Below, piece after piece: positions 9,234-18,666 of a stretch of 64,000 bases of DNA; position 1 is the stretch's first letter; every line of letters starts with the position of its first letter. The notes under the pieces were generated by a model. It searched no databases. It worked only from the letters and a program-made list of their open reading frames with translations, and was not told where the DNA came from. The DNA is from an uncultured Gammaproteobacteria bacterium (lineage in GTDB: Bacteria > Patescibacteriota > Patescibacteriia > Magasanikbacterales > GWA2-37-8). The stretch spans positions 48,617 to 112,616 of the forward strand of contig CAZBWU010000001.1 in the NCBI GenBank assembly GCA_964496095.1, read 5' to 3'. The position numbers were made by a program, and so were the translations under genes.

Positions 9234-9546
9234 TTAGTGGAAATGTTAGAATGATTGTTATTAAGCTTAGAATGTAGATAAGCAACCATATTGGCCAGCG
9301 TTGCGTGTATCGGACGCAGATTTTTAGAAGAATAGTTGAATTGATACTTAGGATAATAAAACAGATCCACAAAATTCGAATCATATCCAAACGAAGATCC
9401 CCATATCCGTAACCCAAGGTCGGATGAAACCAAATTAGTAAACTTAGTGAGATGAGAATTGCTACTAAAGTTAAAAGAATGTATTTTTGTATTTTCCAGA
9501 TTGATCTCATAATTTTTTTAATTTTTTCAAATTTATCTTCCGCCAA
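9217..9546 (-). CDS. Small integral membrane protein, hypothetical
   Basis: About 3 TM helices. It overlaps the flanking ORFs. Confidence 0.4.
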   Translation of the reverse strand: MAEDKFEKIKKIMRSIWKIQKYILLTLVAILISLSLLIWFHPTLGYGYGDLRLDMIRILWICFIILSINSTILLKICVRYTQRWPIWLLIYILSLITIILTFPLIDHYY

Positions 9547-9919
9547 TAAAGTTTTTCTTGGGAATAAAAATTTTTGTATTTAAGTAAGCCTCTATCTCAA
9601 TACCTTCATTTGTCCAATTAGTTTTTGTATCAAGCAGATCTTGTTCGCTCGTAATAGAAGCAAAGGGGTAATTAAGAGCAAAGCCATAAGTCGGTTCGAC
9701 TTGTTTTGATATCCAGATAAAATATTTTGTATCAAGCGTTTGTTGTTGTTTAATTATGGAGATGCAATATTGGTTAGATGATCCGTAGTTTATTTCTTGT
9801 GGCTGGCAAGATAATGCAAACTTTTGTTCACTCCAAGATACGCCAAATAATTGGCAAATAATTACAATTCCGAATAAAAATAAAAGTAGGGTTTCTATTA
9901 AAAAAATAATTTTTTTCAT
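9533..9919 (-). CDS. Secreted/membrane-anchored hypothetical protein
   Basis: The N-terminal signal/TM segment is MKKIIFLIETLLLFLFGIVIICQLFG. Confidence 0.45.
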   Translation of the reverse strand: MKKIIFLIETLLLFLFGIVIICQLFGVSWSEQKFALSCQPQEINYGSSNQYCISIIKQQQTLDTKYFIWISKQVEPTYGFALNYPFASITSEQDLLDTKTNWTNEGIEIEAYLNTKIFIPKKNFIGGR

Positions 9920-10010
9920 ATTATTGTACTCTCAATTTACTTGTGTTAGTATTGTAAGACTAATAAAATTATACCGTTTTACTTTATATAACGCAATGTT
10001 TTAGCCGAGT

Positions 10011-10484
10011 ATGACAACTAGTAATATGCTTCCAAAATTTATTCTCATCCTCCCTAATATCCGTAGTGGTCACAATGTGGGGGCTATTTTTCGGACTGCT
10101 GATGGTGCGGGTGTAGACAAGTTATACCTCACCGGCTATACGCCTTGCCCGCCACATGTGCAGATTGACAAGGTGTCGCTGGGCGCGGAAAAGTGGATGC
10201 CTTGGGAGTATCGCAAACAAACTGGCAGACTGCTTAAAGAATTAAAACAAATAGGGTATAATATAGTGGCTCTAGAACAAACCAAAACGAGCCAAGACAT
10301 ATTTGGTTTTCAGCCGCAATTTCCGCTAGCCTTGGTTTTGGGAAATGAAAAAACCGGTGTTTCCAAAGCCTTGCTCAAGTATTGCGACCAGGCGATTGAG
10401 ATTCCAATGCACGGCAAGAAAAACAGTCTCAATGTCAGTGTGGCGGCGGGTGTGGCGATGTACGTTATAAAAAATAAAATTTAA
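10011..10484 (+). CDS. SpoU/TrmH family RNA 2'-O-methyltransferase
   Basis: SPOUT motifs are present (GHNVGAIFRTADGAGVD, LVLGNEKTGVS, EIPMHGKKNSLNVSVAAGV). Confidence 0.8.
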   Translation: MTTSNMLPKFILILPNIRSGHNVGAIFRTADGAGVDKLYLTGYTPCPPHVQIDKVSLGAEKWMPWEYRKQTGRLLKELKQIGYNIVALEQTKTSQDIFGFQPQFPLALVLGNEKTGVSKALLKYCDQAIEIPMHGKKNSLNVSVAAGVAMYVIKNKI

Positions 10485-10486
10485 AA

Positions 10487-10648
10487 CTGTCATCCCGAGG
10501 GTTACGCCCGAGGGATCTCTGTCCCAACTGTCATTCCCGCCACAGCGGGAATCCAGACAATTTAATTGGACGCTGGATACCCGATCAGGTCGGGGATTAC
10601 AACGACGAACGAACTGGACAGAGATTCCTCCTTTGTCGTCGGAATGAC
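10487..10648. repeat. Cluster of short palindromic interspersed repeats (GTCATyC...GAATGAC family), at least 3 units in both orientations
   Basis: Units ctgtcatcccgagggttacgcccgagggatctctgtcc, ctgtcattcccgccacagcgggaatccagaca and an inverted unit ending ggaatgacaa. Related units recur at 33832, 37916, 59113 and 63484. Confidence 0.75.
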
Positions 10649-10659
10649 AATAAAAAATT

Positions 10660-11382
10660 ATGCAATCAACCATTCAATTATTTCATTACTTCTACAACAA
10701 TCTACCGCCACTTGTGCCGGAAGATGTGGTTTTGTCTATGAAAAAAGAATTGGATGATTTGGAAAAAGACCCAAATGTCACTTTGGCCGAAGTCGAAGAC
10801 AGGATGGTCAGATTTGGCTATGAAGTTTGGCCTTGGAATCAAGCCTTCAAATATTTTTTAAATAATGTTGAAGAAAAAATGGGTGACCATTTTTTGTTGC
10901 CTAGAATGAGTGAAGGATTGCGCGAAAAATACCTTAATTTCCAAGCATTAAATGGCACGCTCAAAGATCTGCAAACCGGCCGACCCGCTTCGTTTTTTAC
11001 TTCAGAAGAAAGGGCTGAATTGTGCGAAAAATTAGTAGATATGCGTTTGCACTTGAAAGAATATGTAAAGAGAGATCTGCTCGGAGTAAACCGAGAGGCC
11101 TATTTAGAAAAAGTAGATGAGTATAAAAACTTAGTAGAAAAAATAAAGTTTAATTTGGAATCTTTGCGTAATTTTGTAGAAAAGGAAGAAGACGGATCCG
11201 TTTTGATTGCGGAAATAAATACAAAGATTCGAGATTTTGAACATGGCCTGTGTCTACTTGGTACGGAGTTGGATTTTGAAGCAGTTTGCCAAGTGCATGA
11301 TTTTTTTGTAGGACGCAAAAAAGATTTGAATAGAATGAGAGGAATCAATACGCCAATAGAGGTTAATTTTTATAATGATTAA
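10660..11382 (+). CDS. Hypothetical protein
   Basis: A 240-aa ORF with a charged, helical composition. No recognisable motif. Confidence 0.45.
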   Translation: MQSTIQLFHYFYNNLPPLVPEDVVLSMKKELDDLEKDPNVTLAEVEDRMVRFGYEVWPWNQAFKYFLNNVEEKMGDHFLLPRMSEGLREKYLNFQALNGTLKDLQTGRPASFFTSEERAELCEKLVDMRLHLKEYVKRDLLGVNREAYLEKVDEYKNLVEKIKFNLESLRNFVEKEEDGSVLIAEINTKIRDFEHGLCLLGTELDFEAVCQVHDFFVGRKKDLNRMRGINTPIEVNFYND

Positions 11383-12362
11383 CCAATCAGAACTGGTTTG
11401 ATAGAAGAGAATTTAGAAATGGCTTTGGCCATTTCTTTTTGTGTAAGGAGGTTTTTTTCTGGTCCATGAGTTGATATAACGCTGCTACTATTGGCAATAC
11501 CCCAACTTAAAGCAATATCAAGAGGTTTTTTATAAAATTTGGCAGCTAGATATCCTGCTGAAAAAGCATCACCCGCGCCATTTTTGGCTACCACCTCTAC
11601 CGGAAAGCTTTCAGAGTGCCAAATCTGGGTGGCGTTTCCAGTCCAAGCGCCACGTTCACCGTCGGTAATAACTACTTCTTTGGCGCCCAGATTTTGTAAA
11701 TTCTTAATAAGAAGTGAAGTGTCAGTTGGTTGGTCTGCGGGAGTACCAAGGACCATTCTTGCTTCTTCTAGATTTAAGATTAAAAGATCGGTGCGAGGAA
11801 GAATGTCTTTAACCAGTTCTAAATTTTGTAATTGGAGGGAACCGGGATTGTAAGCCAATAAAATATCTCGGTGTTTATTTAAAAATTGTAATAACTTTTT
11901 TTGTAGAGGCTCATAACCTTCACTGAGACTAGTGTAGTAAACCCAATCTGTTTCTGGAAGGTTAGTTGGGAATTTATAGTTTCTTTTTTGATGAGCGGAC
12001 AGGATTGTTCTTTCTTTTTTGAAGTTTAAAACAACCGAATATCTAGTTTTGGCATTTTTATCAATAACCAAAAACTTAGTATTTATTTTATATTTTTTTA
12101 ATAATTTTTGGATTATTTCACCATTGGCATCCTTGCCTAGTGAGGTGAGAACGGAAGTTTTTAAGCCAAGTTTAACAGCTGCTAGGACCATGTTGGCAGC
12201 ATTACCGCCCAAAGCCTGGAAACTGTCGGTAATAGGGATCTTGGCGGCGTAGTTGAGACATAATTGGCAGTTCTGTTTATTGATATCACATTCCAAAGTC
12301 GCATTATCAATCATGATATGCGTATCAATGAGCATGTCGCCGATGGTGAGAAGATTGAACAT
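11379..12362 (-). CDS. PfkB family carbohydrate/nucleoside kinase (ribokinase-like)
   Basis: GGNAANMVLAAVKLGL near the N-terminus and the NGAGDAF anion-hole/catalytic motif near the C-terminus. Confidence 0.8.
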   Translation of the reverse strand: MFNLLTIGDMLIDTHIMIDNATLECDINKQNCQLCLNYAAKIPITDSFQALGGNAANMVLAAVKLGLKTSVLTSLGKDANGEIIQKLLKKYKINTKFLVIDKNAKTRYSVVLNFKKERTILSAHQKRNYKFPTNLPETDWVYYTSLSEGYEPLQKKLLQFLNKHRDILLAYNPGSLQLQNLELVKDILPRTDLLILNLEEARMVLGTPADQPTDTSLLIKNLQNLGAKEVVITDGERGAWTGNATQIWHSESFPVEVVAKNGAGDAFSAGYLAAKFYKKPLDIALSWGIANSSSVISTHGPEKNLLTQKEMAKAISKFSSIKPVLIG

Positions 12363-12365
12363 ATT

Positions 12366-12680
12366 TTATTTTGCGGGAGTGTCTTTGTGAACATCGGGTA
12401 TACAAACATGGTGATGGTGGCCGGTAAGAATTTCTATAAGCTCTATCCAGCTTCCGATAAATAAACCAGTCATCGCGATAGAAAATATTTTATTGCCAAC
12501 CCAGAGAGAGTAAACTAGAAGACAAGCTGAAGCAATAATAAAAACTGCGTCCTGTCGGCGTTCAGCTTCCAAGAAAACTCCATAAGTGAGAAGAATTGCG
12601 CCTAGGGCTGCTACCACGTTCATTACAACGTCTATCAGTGGCCAAGGCATAGTAGGAAAAAGATTGAGAAATTGTTCCAT
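12366..12680 (-). CDS. Small membrane protein, hypothetical
   Basis: Three hydrophobic segments and an HHHH run. It sits between the PfkB kinase and trxB in the same orientation. Confidence 0.4.
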   Translation of the reverse strand: MEQFLNLFPTMPWPLIDVVMNVVAALGAILLTYGVFLEAERRQDAVFIIASACLLVYSLWVGNKIFSIAMTGLFIGSWIELIEILTGHHHHVCIPDVHKDTPAK

Positions 12681-12698
12681 AGATTTTTGTTTAGTGAC

Positions 12699-13664
12699 TT
12701 ACTCCTCCCATCTATTAATATACTCTATTGCTGCCAAAGCCGCAATAATTCCTTGACCGGCAGCGATACCAATTTGTTTGTAAGCAACAGTAGTTACGTC
12801 GCCAGCGGCAAAAACACCCGGCAAATTGGTTCGGCATTTTTCATCCACAATAATTTCACCAACTTTATTTTTATTTACTCCGTCGACAAATTGAGAATTT
12901 GGTATTTGGCCAATATGCACCATTACACCATCGCCTGGAATTTCTTTTTCTGCTCCAGATGTATCTGTATATTTTACAGCTGTCACTTTATTTTCTCCGA
13001 CAATGGCCGTGGTGTTGGCTTCATAGATAACTTCAACATTATCTAAAGTTTTTAATTTTTCAATCAAGATATTTTCGCCTTTAGGAAAACCATAATTTTG
13101 TTCCGGGGTATTGGCAAATTTGCTCAGTAAATATACCTTTTTGGCAATGCCAGCCATCATTAGGGCTGATTCTAGAGCAGCATTTCCCGAGCCAACAGTG
13201 ACGGTAGTTTTGTTTTTGAATAATGGGCCATCACAAACTGTACAGTAGGTAATGCCTTTTTGGTACAACTCTATTTCCCCAGGTATATCCAAATGACGAG
13301 GGTGGATGCCGGTAGCAATTATCACTGTTTTGGTTTCGTACTCCTGTTCCTCATCATTGCCGTTTACTGCTGTGATTTTATAATAATTTTTGACGGGTGT
13401 AATTTTTTTGACTTTCAATCCCTCGTCTATTTGGACACCATAAGAACGAACGTGTTCGGTAAATTTTTGCGCTAATTCAAAACCCTGAATATTTATAATA
13501 CCGGGCCAGTTGGCTACTTCTCCCGAGAGGGCCACTTCTCCACCAGTATCGAGAGTGACAACTTTGAAATTGAGATTACGGCGAGCGGCGTAGATAGCAG
13601 CACTAGATCCGGCGGCAGCCGCGCCAACGATAATAAGGTCGTACATATTAAATAGTAGTTTCAC
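12699..13664 (-). CDS. trxB: Thioredoxin-disulfide reductase
   Basis: FAD motif YDLIIVGAAAAGSSAAIYAAR, redox-active CTVCDG, and the NADPH GxGxxA motif VGSGNAALESA. Confidence 0.9.
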   Translation of the reverse strand: MKLLFNMYDLIIVGAAAAGSSAAIYAARRNLNFKVVTLDTGGEVALSGEVANWPGIINIQGFELAQKFTEHVRSYGVQIDEGLKVKKITPVKNYYKITAVNGNDEEQEYETKTVIIATGIHPRHLDIPGEIELYQKGITYCTVCDGPLFKNKTTVTVGSGNAALESALMMAGIAKKVYLLSKFANTPEQNYGFPKGENILIEKLKTLDNVEVIYEANTTAIVGENKVTAVKYTDTSGAEKEIPGDGVMVHIGQIPNSQFVDGVNKNKVGEIIVDEKCRTNLPGVFAAGDVTTVAYKQIGIAAGQGIIAALAAIEYINRWEE

Positions 13665-14301
13665 CTAAGGCTTTAATTAAATTTTCATGAGCTACCTCTG
13701 TGTCAGACGCAGACATAATAGCGCTACCAACATATAATTTTTCAGCGCCAGCGTCAACTACTGATTTGATTGTATTTTCGTTTACACCACCATCAACTGA
13801 GCAAACTATATCTAGGTTTAATTTTTTGAATTCTTTTATTTTTTCTAACACCTCTTCTACAAAGACAGAACCTTGATGTCCTGGGTGTACTGTCATAAAC
13901 AATATTTCGTCTACCAACTTGAGGTAAGGAAGAACCTGTGATAATGGGGTTTCAGGATTGAGGGCAATACCAGCTTTCCAACCATGTTTGCGGATATGAC
14001 GAACACATTCTTCCGGGTCAACATCTGATTCTATATGAAAGACGGCGCTAGTCACATTGGCCACATCGGTCCAAAGTGCCATTTCTGACATTGGGTCTTT
14101 GACCATCAGATGCAGTTCAAAATAGGCTTCGGAGTTGAGTTCGTTGACCTGCTCACGTTCGGTAAAAGATGTGTTGTTAACAAAAAGTCCATCCATGACA
14201 TCTATTTGGATAGAAGAAAAATCTTTTTCTACTTTTTTCAGTTGTTCGCTAAATGTGGTAAGACTGTTTGTGAGGATGGCGGGGACAATTAAGGGGATCA
14301 T
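13648..14301 (-). CDS. rpe: Ribulose-phosphate 3-epimerase
   Basis: IVPAILTNS, DVMDGLFV, MTVHPGHQGS and SVDGGVN motifs of the Rpe TIM barrel. Confidence 0.85.
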   Translation of the reverse strand: MIPLIVPAILTNSLTTFSEQLKKVEKDFSSIQIDVMDGLFVNNTSFTEREQVNELNSEAYFELHLMVKDPMSEMALWTDVANVTSAVFHIESDVDPEECVRHIRKHGWKAGIALNPETPLSQVLPYLKLVDEILFMTVHPGHQGSVFVEEVLEKIKEFKKLNLDIVCSVDGGVNENTIKSVVDAGAEKLYVGSAIMSASDTEVAHENLIKALGETTI

Positions 14302-14302
14302 A

Positions 14303-14641
14303 TTAGTTTACAGCTGTTGAAGAAAAAATAAGCAAAAGCATGTTTATCATAAAGCTAAAAAATAGTTGGTATAAAAATACTTTTATACCTTCTTGTGTAT
14401 TTTTGTATTTATTTACAATATAATAGGGCAGTGTAAAAGTTATTGTTAATATAAACAATAAAATAAAAGCAAAACTGCTAAAAACAAAGTAGATATCGTT
14501 TGTTGACCTTACTCCATTCTCCATGAAGCTAAGTCCTAAATAAGAAATTGTTAAGCTTCCTATAATTAAAATAGTTCCTAGTAGTCCATATAGAGGTTTT
14601 TGCCAAGTCTTTAGAATATTTTTTTCTTGTTCCATATTCAT
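14303..14641 (-). CDS. Small membrane protein, hypothetical
   Basis: Three TM helices. It lies between rpiB and rpe. Confidence 0.4.
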   Translation of the reverse strand: MNMEQEKNILKTWQKPLYGLLGTILIIGSLTISYLGLSFMENGVRSTNDIYFVFSSFAFILLFILTITFTLPYYIVNKYKNTQEGIKVFLYQLFFSFMINMLLLIFSSTAVN

Positions 14642-14651
14642 TATTAATTAA

Positions 14652-15095
14652 TTATTTTTCTAAATCCTGTATTTTTTTATTTCTTCGTACCAGTCTTTCA
14701 TCACCATCAAATTTGGTAGTTAGGAATTTTTTGACTATGGCTTTGGTAAAATCAAGAGAGGGTGGATTGCTAGGAAGGCAGAGAATGTTAGCATTATTAT
14801 GTTTTCGTCCCATTTCCGTAGATTGGATATTGTAACCAATAATTGCGTAGGCGCCTTTGATTTTATTGGCGGTAATACACATGCCATGGCCGGTGCCACA
14901 AATCAAAATACCCAAATTTTCTCTATCTTCAGCCACTTTTTTGGCCAAAGGCACAGCATAATCTGGAAAATCATCAGTTTGGATAAAAACTTCCGGACCT
15001 AAATCTTCTAGGTCTTTATCTAGTTCGGTTTTTAGATAGCGGACAAGCTCCTTTTTGAGCTGGAAACCGTTGTGGTCAGAGGCAATGTAGAGCAT
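14652..15095 (-). CDS. rpiB: Ribose-5-phosphate isomerase B
   Basis: MLYIASDHNGFQLK start and the GILICGTGHGMCITANK active-site region typical of RpiB/LacAB. Confidence 0.85.
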   Translation of the reverse strand: MLYIASDHNGFQLKKELVRYLKTELDKDLEDLGPEVFIQTDDFPDYAVPLAKKVAEDRENLGILICGTGHGMCITANKIKGAYAIIGYNIQSTEMGRKHNNANILCLPSNPPSLDFTKAIVKKFLTTKFDGDERLVRRNKKIQDLEK

Positions 15096-15145
15096 AAAAA
15101 GCAGAGTAGGTTTATAAGCAGATTAGGCAGAATTAGTAGACGGTA

Positions 15146-15586
15146 TTGTACAATTTTATTGTTTTTTTGACAACCCTGTATTTTTTGACTAAATGCAACA
15201 TTTTTGGTAATGTTAGAGGCACTATGAAGCTAGGAGAACGTCAAGTTGCTTTTGAGATCATTAAGGCGGAAGTGCACAAAGAATGCGCATCAATGTTTAA
15301 AGCTTTGGAAAAAATAAAAAATAGCAAAGATAATGCTGAACGAGTTTTAGTAATTGTTAAAGAAATTAATACTGAGATGCAAAGGATTGCCTTTTTTAAT
15401 CAACAAGGGGGTTCTAATGTCGAGCAAAGGGTAATTATAGAAGCTTTGTTAGATAGTTTAGTAACTACTATAGATAGTTTTGTGGGAGAGAAAAAAACTG
15501 GGGATGATGTCTATTTTCATAATATAAAAAAATTAGCACAGGGTTCATTACGAAAATATATACATCGTTTAGCAGTGCGTCCTTAA
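15146..15586 (+). CDS. Hypothetical protein (the true start is possibly the internal MKLGERQ near 15221)
   Basis: An ORF with helical composition immediately upstream of ileS. No motif. Confidence 0.35.
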   Translation: MYNFIVFLTTLYFLTKCNIFGNVRGTMKLGERQVAFEIIKAEVHKECASMFKALEKIKNSKDNAERVLVIVKEINTEMQRIAFFNQQGGSNVEQRVIIEALLDSLVTTIDSFVGEKKTGDDVYFHNIKKLAQGSLRKYIHRLAVRP

Positions 15587-15595
15587 TTATAAAAT

Positions 15596-18547
15596 ATGTA
15601 CAACGCCAATCAAGAAGAACAAGAAATACTGAAATACTGGAAAGATAACCACTCTTTTGAAAAGTCTATTTCCAGCAGAGCAGAGAATAAGCCCTACCAT
15701 TTTTATGATGGGCCTCCTTTTGCTACCGGATTGCCTCATTATGGGCATATTGTCGCTTCGACAATGAAAGACGCTGTACCGCGTTATTTTACGATGCGTG
15801 GGTACCGTGTGGAGCGCAAGTGGGGTTGGGATAGCCATGGTCTACCAGTAGAAAATATTATTGAAAAAGAGCTTGATTTGGCATCAAAAAAAGATATTGA
15901 AGATTATGGGGTAGCAAAATTTAACGAAGCTTGCCGAGCGACTGTGCTCAAATATGCTACTGAATGGCAGAAAACCATTACCCGTATGGGTCGCTGGGTA
16001 GACATGAAAAACGACTACAAAACCATGGACCCAAATTTTATGGAAAGTGTCTGGTGGGTCTTCAAACAGCTTTGGAATAAAGGATTGATTTATAAAGATT
16101 ATAAGGCGATGCATATCTGTCCTCGTTGTTCTACTACCCTTTCAAATTTTGAAGTAACACAGGGGTATAAAGATATTAAGGATATTTCAGCGATTGCCAA
16201 GTTCAAAGTAGATAGATTTAGAGGATCAAAATTACCTGACAATACTTATATTCTTGCTTGGACAACTACTCCTTGGACTTTGCCTGGGAATGTAGTGTTG
16301 GCTGTAAATCCTGAAATTGATTATGTTGTTTTAGAAATAGAAGGGGAAGAAGGAAGTTTTGTTTTGGCTAAGGAAATGGCTGAAAAAGTAATGAAAGATA
16401 AAAAGTATAAAGAAATTAGTAGTTTAAAAGGTTCTGATTTAGTTGGTTTAGAATATGAACCACTATTTTCATATTATAAAGACACTTCTAATGCTTTTAG
16501 AGTAGTGGGGGCTGAGTTTGTTTCTGTTGAAGAAGGTACGGGCATAGTGCATATTGCCCCTGGATTTGGTGAGGATGACTTCCAGGTTGGAAAGCGTGAA
16601 AATATTCCGATGGTACAGCACGTATCTATGGAAGGTAAGTTTAAGCCCGAGGTGACAGATTTTGCGGGGATGGATGTAAAACCAAAAGATGATAATAGTA
16701 AGGCTGATATTGAAATTATCAAATGGCTAGCTCATAACGGAAAATTATTTAGTAAAGAAAAAATAGAACACAGCTATCCGCATTGTTGGCGTTGTGATAC
16801 TCCGCTTCTCAATTATGCCACTACTAGTTGGTTTGTGCGCGTCACTCAAATCAAAGATCAGCTCATCAAAAATAATCAAAAAATAAATTGGGTGCCGGAA
16901 CATATCAAAGACGGCCGTTTTGGTTTGTGGTTGGAAGGTGCCAGAGATTGGGCAATTTCTCGCAGTCGTTATTGGGGCACACCATTGCCAGTTTGGCAGT
17001 GTGTTGGAGAAAAATGTGAAAATACGATTGTTATTGGATCAGTAGAAGAATTTGAAAAATTATCAGGACAAAAAATTACAGATTTACATAAACATATTAT
17101 TGATGGTATAGAGTTGCCTTGTGATAAATGTGGAGCGCAGATGAAGAGAATTCCAGAAGTGTTGGATTGCTGGTTTGAATCCGGCAGTATGCCGTATGGG
17201 CAGATGCATTATCCTTTTGAAAATAAAGCCAAGTTTGAAGCCAGTTTTCCGGCTGAATTTATTGCCGAAGGTCAGGATCAAACTCGTGGTTGGTTTTACA
17301 CATTGCATGTTTTGGCAACGGCTCTTACTATGGGAGAAAGTCCCTCTATTCCAGTACAAAAATCTGAGCCTGGATTTAAGAATGTGATTGTAAATGGTAT
17401 CGTGCTGGCTGAAGATGGTAAGAAAATGAGTAAGAGATTAAAAAATTATCCAGAGCCGGAAATAGTTTTGGAGAAATATGGCGCTGATGCTTTGCGTTAT
17501 TATTTGTTAACTTCACCAGTGATGCAAGCCGAGAGTCTGAACTTCTCCGAAGTGGGTGTGCGTGAAGTTTTTAATAAATTGATCAATACTGTCTATAATG
17601 TTTTGGAGTTTTATAAAATGTTTGCTAGCGAAAGTTCGCAGTTGGAAGCTGGCGGTTCGCAGCCAGAAAATGTTTTGGAAAAATGGATTTTGGCAAAGTT
17701 GCAAATCCTGATTAAAGATGTGACAACAGGAATGGAAACCTACAAACTCGTAGAAGCCAGTAGGCCAATTGTAGAATTTGTGACCGAGTTATCGCAGTGG
17801 TATGTGCGTCGTTCTCGTGATAGATTCAAAGGCGATGATGAGCAAGACAAACAATCTGCTTTAGCGACTTTGCATGAAGTATTATTAACCCTGTCTAAAT
17901 TAATGGCGCCATTTACACCTTTTATTGCCGAGAAAATATATCAAGAGGTACAAAGTATGGTAGAAGGAATGCAGGGAAGCGTGCATTTAGAAGAGTGGCC
18001 TCTTGTTGATGAAAAGCTGATGGATGATAAAGTGATGAAAATGATGGAAATGGCACGTAAGGTGGTGGAGATGGGGTTGGCGCTTCGCGCAGAGCAGGGA
18101 TTGAAAGTTAGACAGCCCTTAAATACTTTAACAATAAATAATAAAGAATTGGACAGTGAATTTTTTGGCATTATTCAAGATGAATTAAATATCAAGAAGG
18201 TTGAGTTGGTTGAAAATAATACAGATGATAAGTCTTTGGTCTGGAAAGAAGATGGAACAATAAAAATTGGTTTGGATGTAATCATTACCGACGATCTCAA
18301 AAAAGAAGGCTTGCTTCGTGAGATTGTGCGTACTATCAATCAGATCCGCAAAGATCAAAAGCTAACTATCTCTGATAGGGTTTCGGTTAAGTATAATGTT
18401 AAGGACGAGCTTTTGAAATCAGTGTTTGTTGAATATGTAGATGAAATCAAAAAGTCTGTGTTGGCAGATATGTTGGTAGAAGCAGACGGGGGAGAAGAAA
18501 AGGAAATCGGGGGAGTTATGGTGGGGGTTTTGGTGGAGAAGTTATAA
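15596..18547 (+). CDS. ileS: Isoleucine--tRNA ligase
   Basis: HIGH-type motif PFATGLPHYGHIV, the KMSKR motif (KMSKRLKNYPEP), the class I editing insertion and a 983-aa length. Confidence 0.95.
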   Translation: MYNANQEEQEILKYWKDNHSFEKSISSRAENKPYHFYDGPPFATGLPHYGHIVASTMKDAVPRYFTMRGYRVERKWGWDSHGLPVENIIEKELDLASKKDIEDYGVAKFNEACRATVLKYATEWQKTITRMGRWVDMKNDYKTMDPNFMESVWWVFKQLWNKGLIYKDYKAMHICPRCSTTLSNFEVTQGYKDIKDISAIAKFKVDRFRGSKLPDNTYILAWTTTPWTLPGNVVLAVNPEIDYVVLEIEGEEGSFVLAKEMAEKVMKDKKYKEISSLKGSDLVGLEYEPLFSYYKDTSNAFRVVGAEFVSVEEGTGIVHIAPGFGEDDFQVGKRENIPMVQHVSMEGKFKPEVTDFAGMDVKPKDDNSKADIEIIKWLAHNGKLFSKEKIEHSYPHCWRCDTPLLNYATTSWFVRVTQIKDQLIKNNQKINWVPEHIKDGRFGLWLEGARDWAISRSRYWGTPLPVWQCVGEKCENTIVIGSVEEFEKLSGQKITDLHKHIIDGIELPCDKCGAQMKRIPEVLDCWFESGSMPYGQMHYPFENKAKFEASFPAEFIAEGQDQTRGWFYTLHVLATALTMGESPSIPVQKSEPGFKNVIVNGIVLAEDGKKMSKRLKNYPEPEIVLEKYGADALRYYLLTSPVMQAESLNFSEVGVREVFNKLINTVYNVLEFYKMFASESSQLEAGGSQPENVLEKWILAKLQILIKDVTTGMETYKLVEASRPIVEFVTELSQWYVRRSRDRFKGDDEQDKQSALATLHEVLLTLSKLMAPFTPFIAEKIYQEVQSMVEGMQGSVHLEEWPLVDEKLMDDKVMKMMEMARKVVEMGLALRAEQGLKVRQPLNTLTINNKELDSEFFGIIQDELNIKKVELVENNTDDKSLVWKEDGTIKIGLDVIITDDLKKEGLLREIVRTINQIRKDQKLTISDRVSVKYNVKDELLKSVFVEYVDEIKKSVLADMLVEADGGEEKEIGGVMVGVLVEKL

Positions 18548-18666
18548 GCGCTGTTATAGCGCTTGAAATTCCGTCGCTCGCCCCAGATGAAAGCAAAATT
18601 TCGTCTGTGGCTCACTAGGAATTATAAATCATTTATTAATTTAAAAGATCCTGTAATAAATTCAGG

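Noticed and set aside
10487-10648. Possible CRISPR array suggested by clustered short repeats
   Set aside because: The repeat units differ in sequence and length, occur in both orientations, and are not separated by uniform-length unique spacers. Similar units are dispersed singly at other loci. No cas genes are nearby.
18551-18567. Palindrome AGCGCT-gttat-AGCGCT after ileS as a terminator
   Set aside because: No following T-run. It may still act as an RNA hairpin, but evidence for termination is weak.
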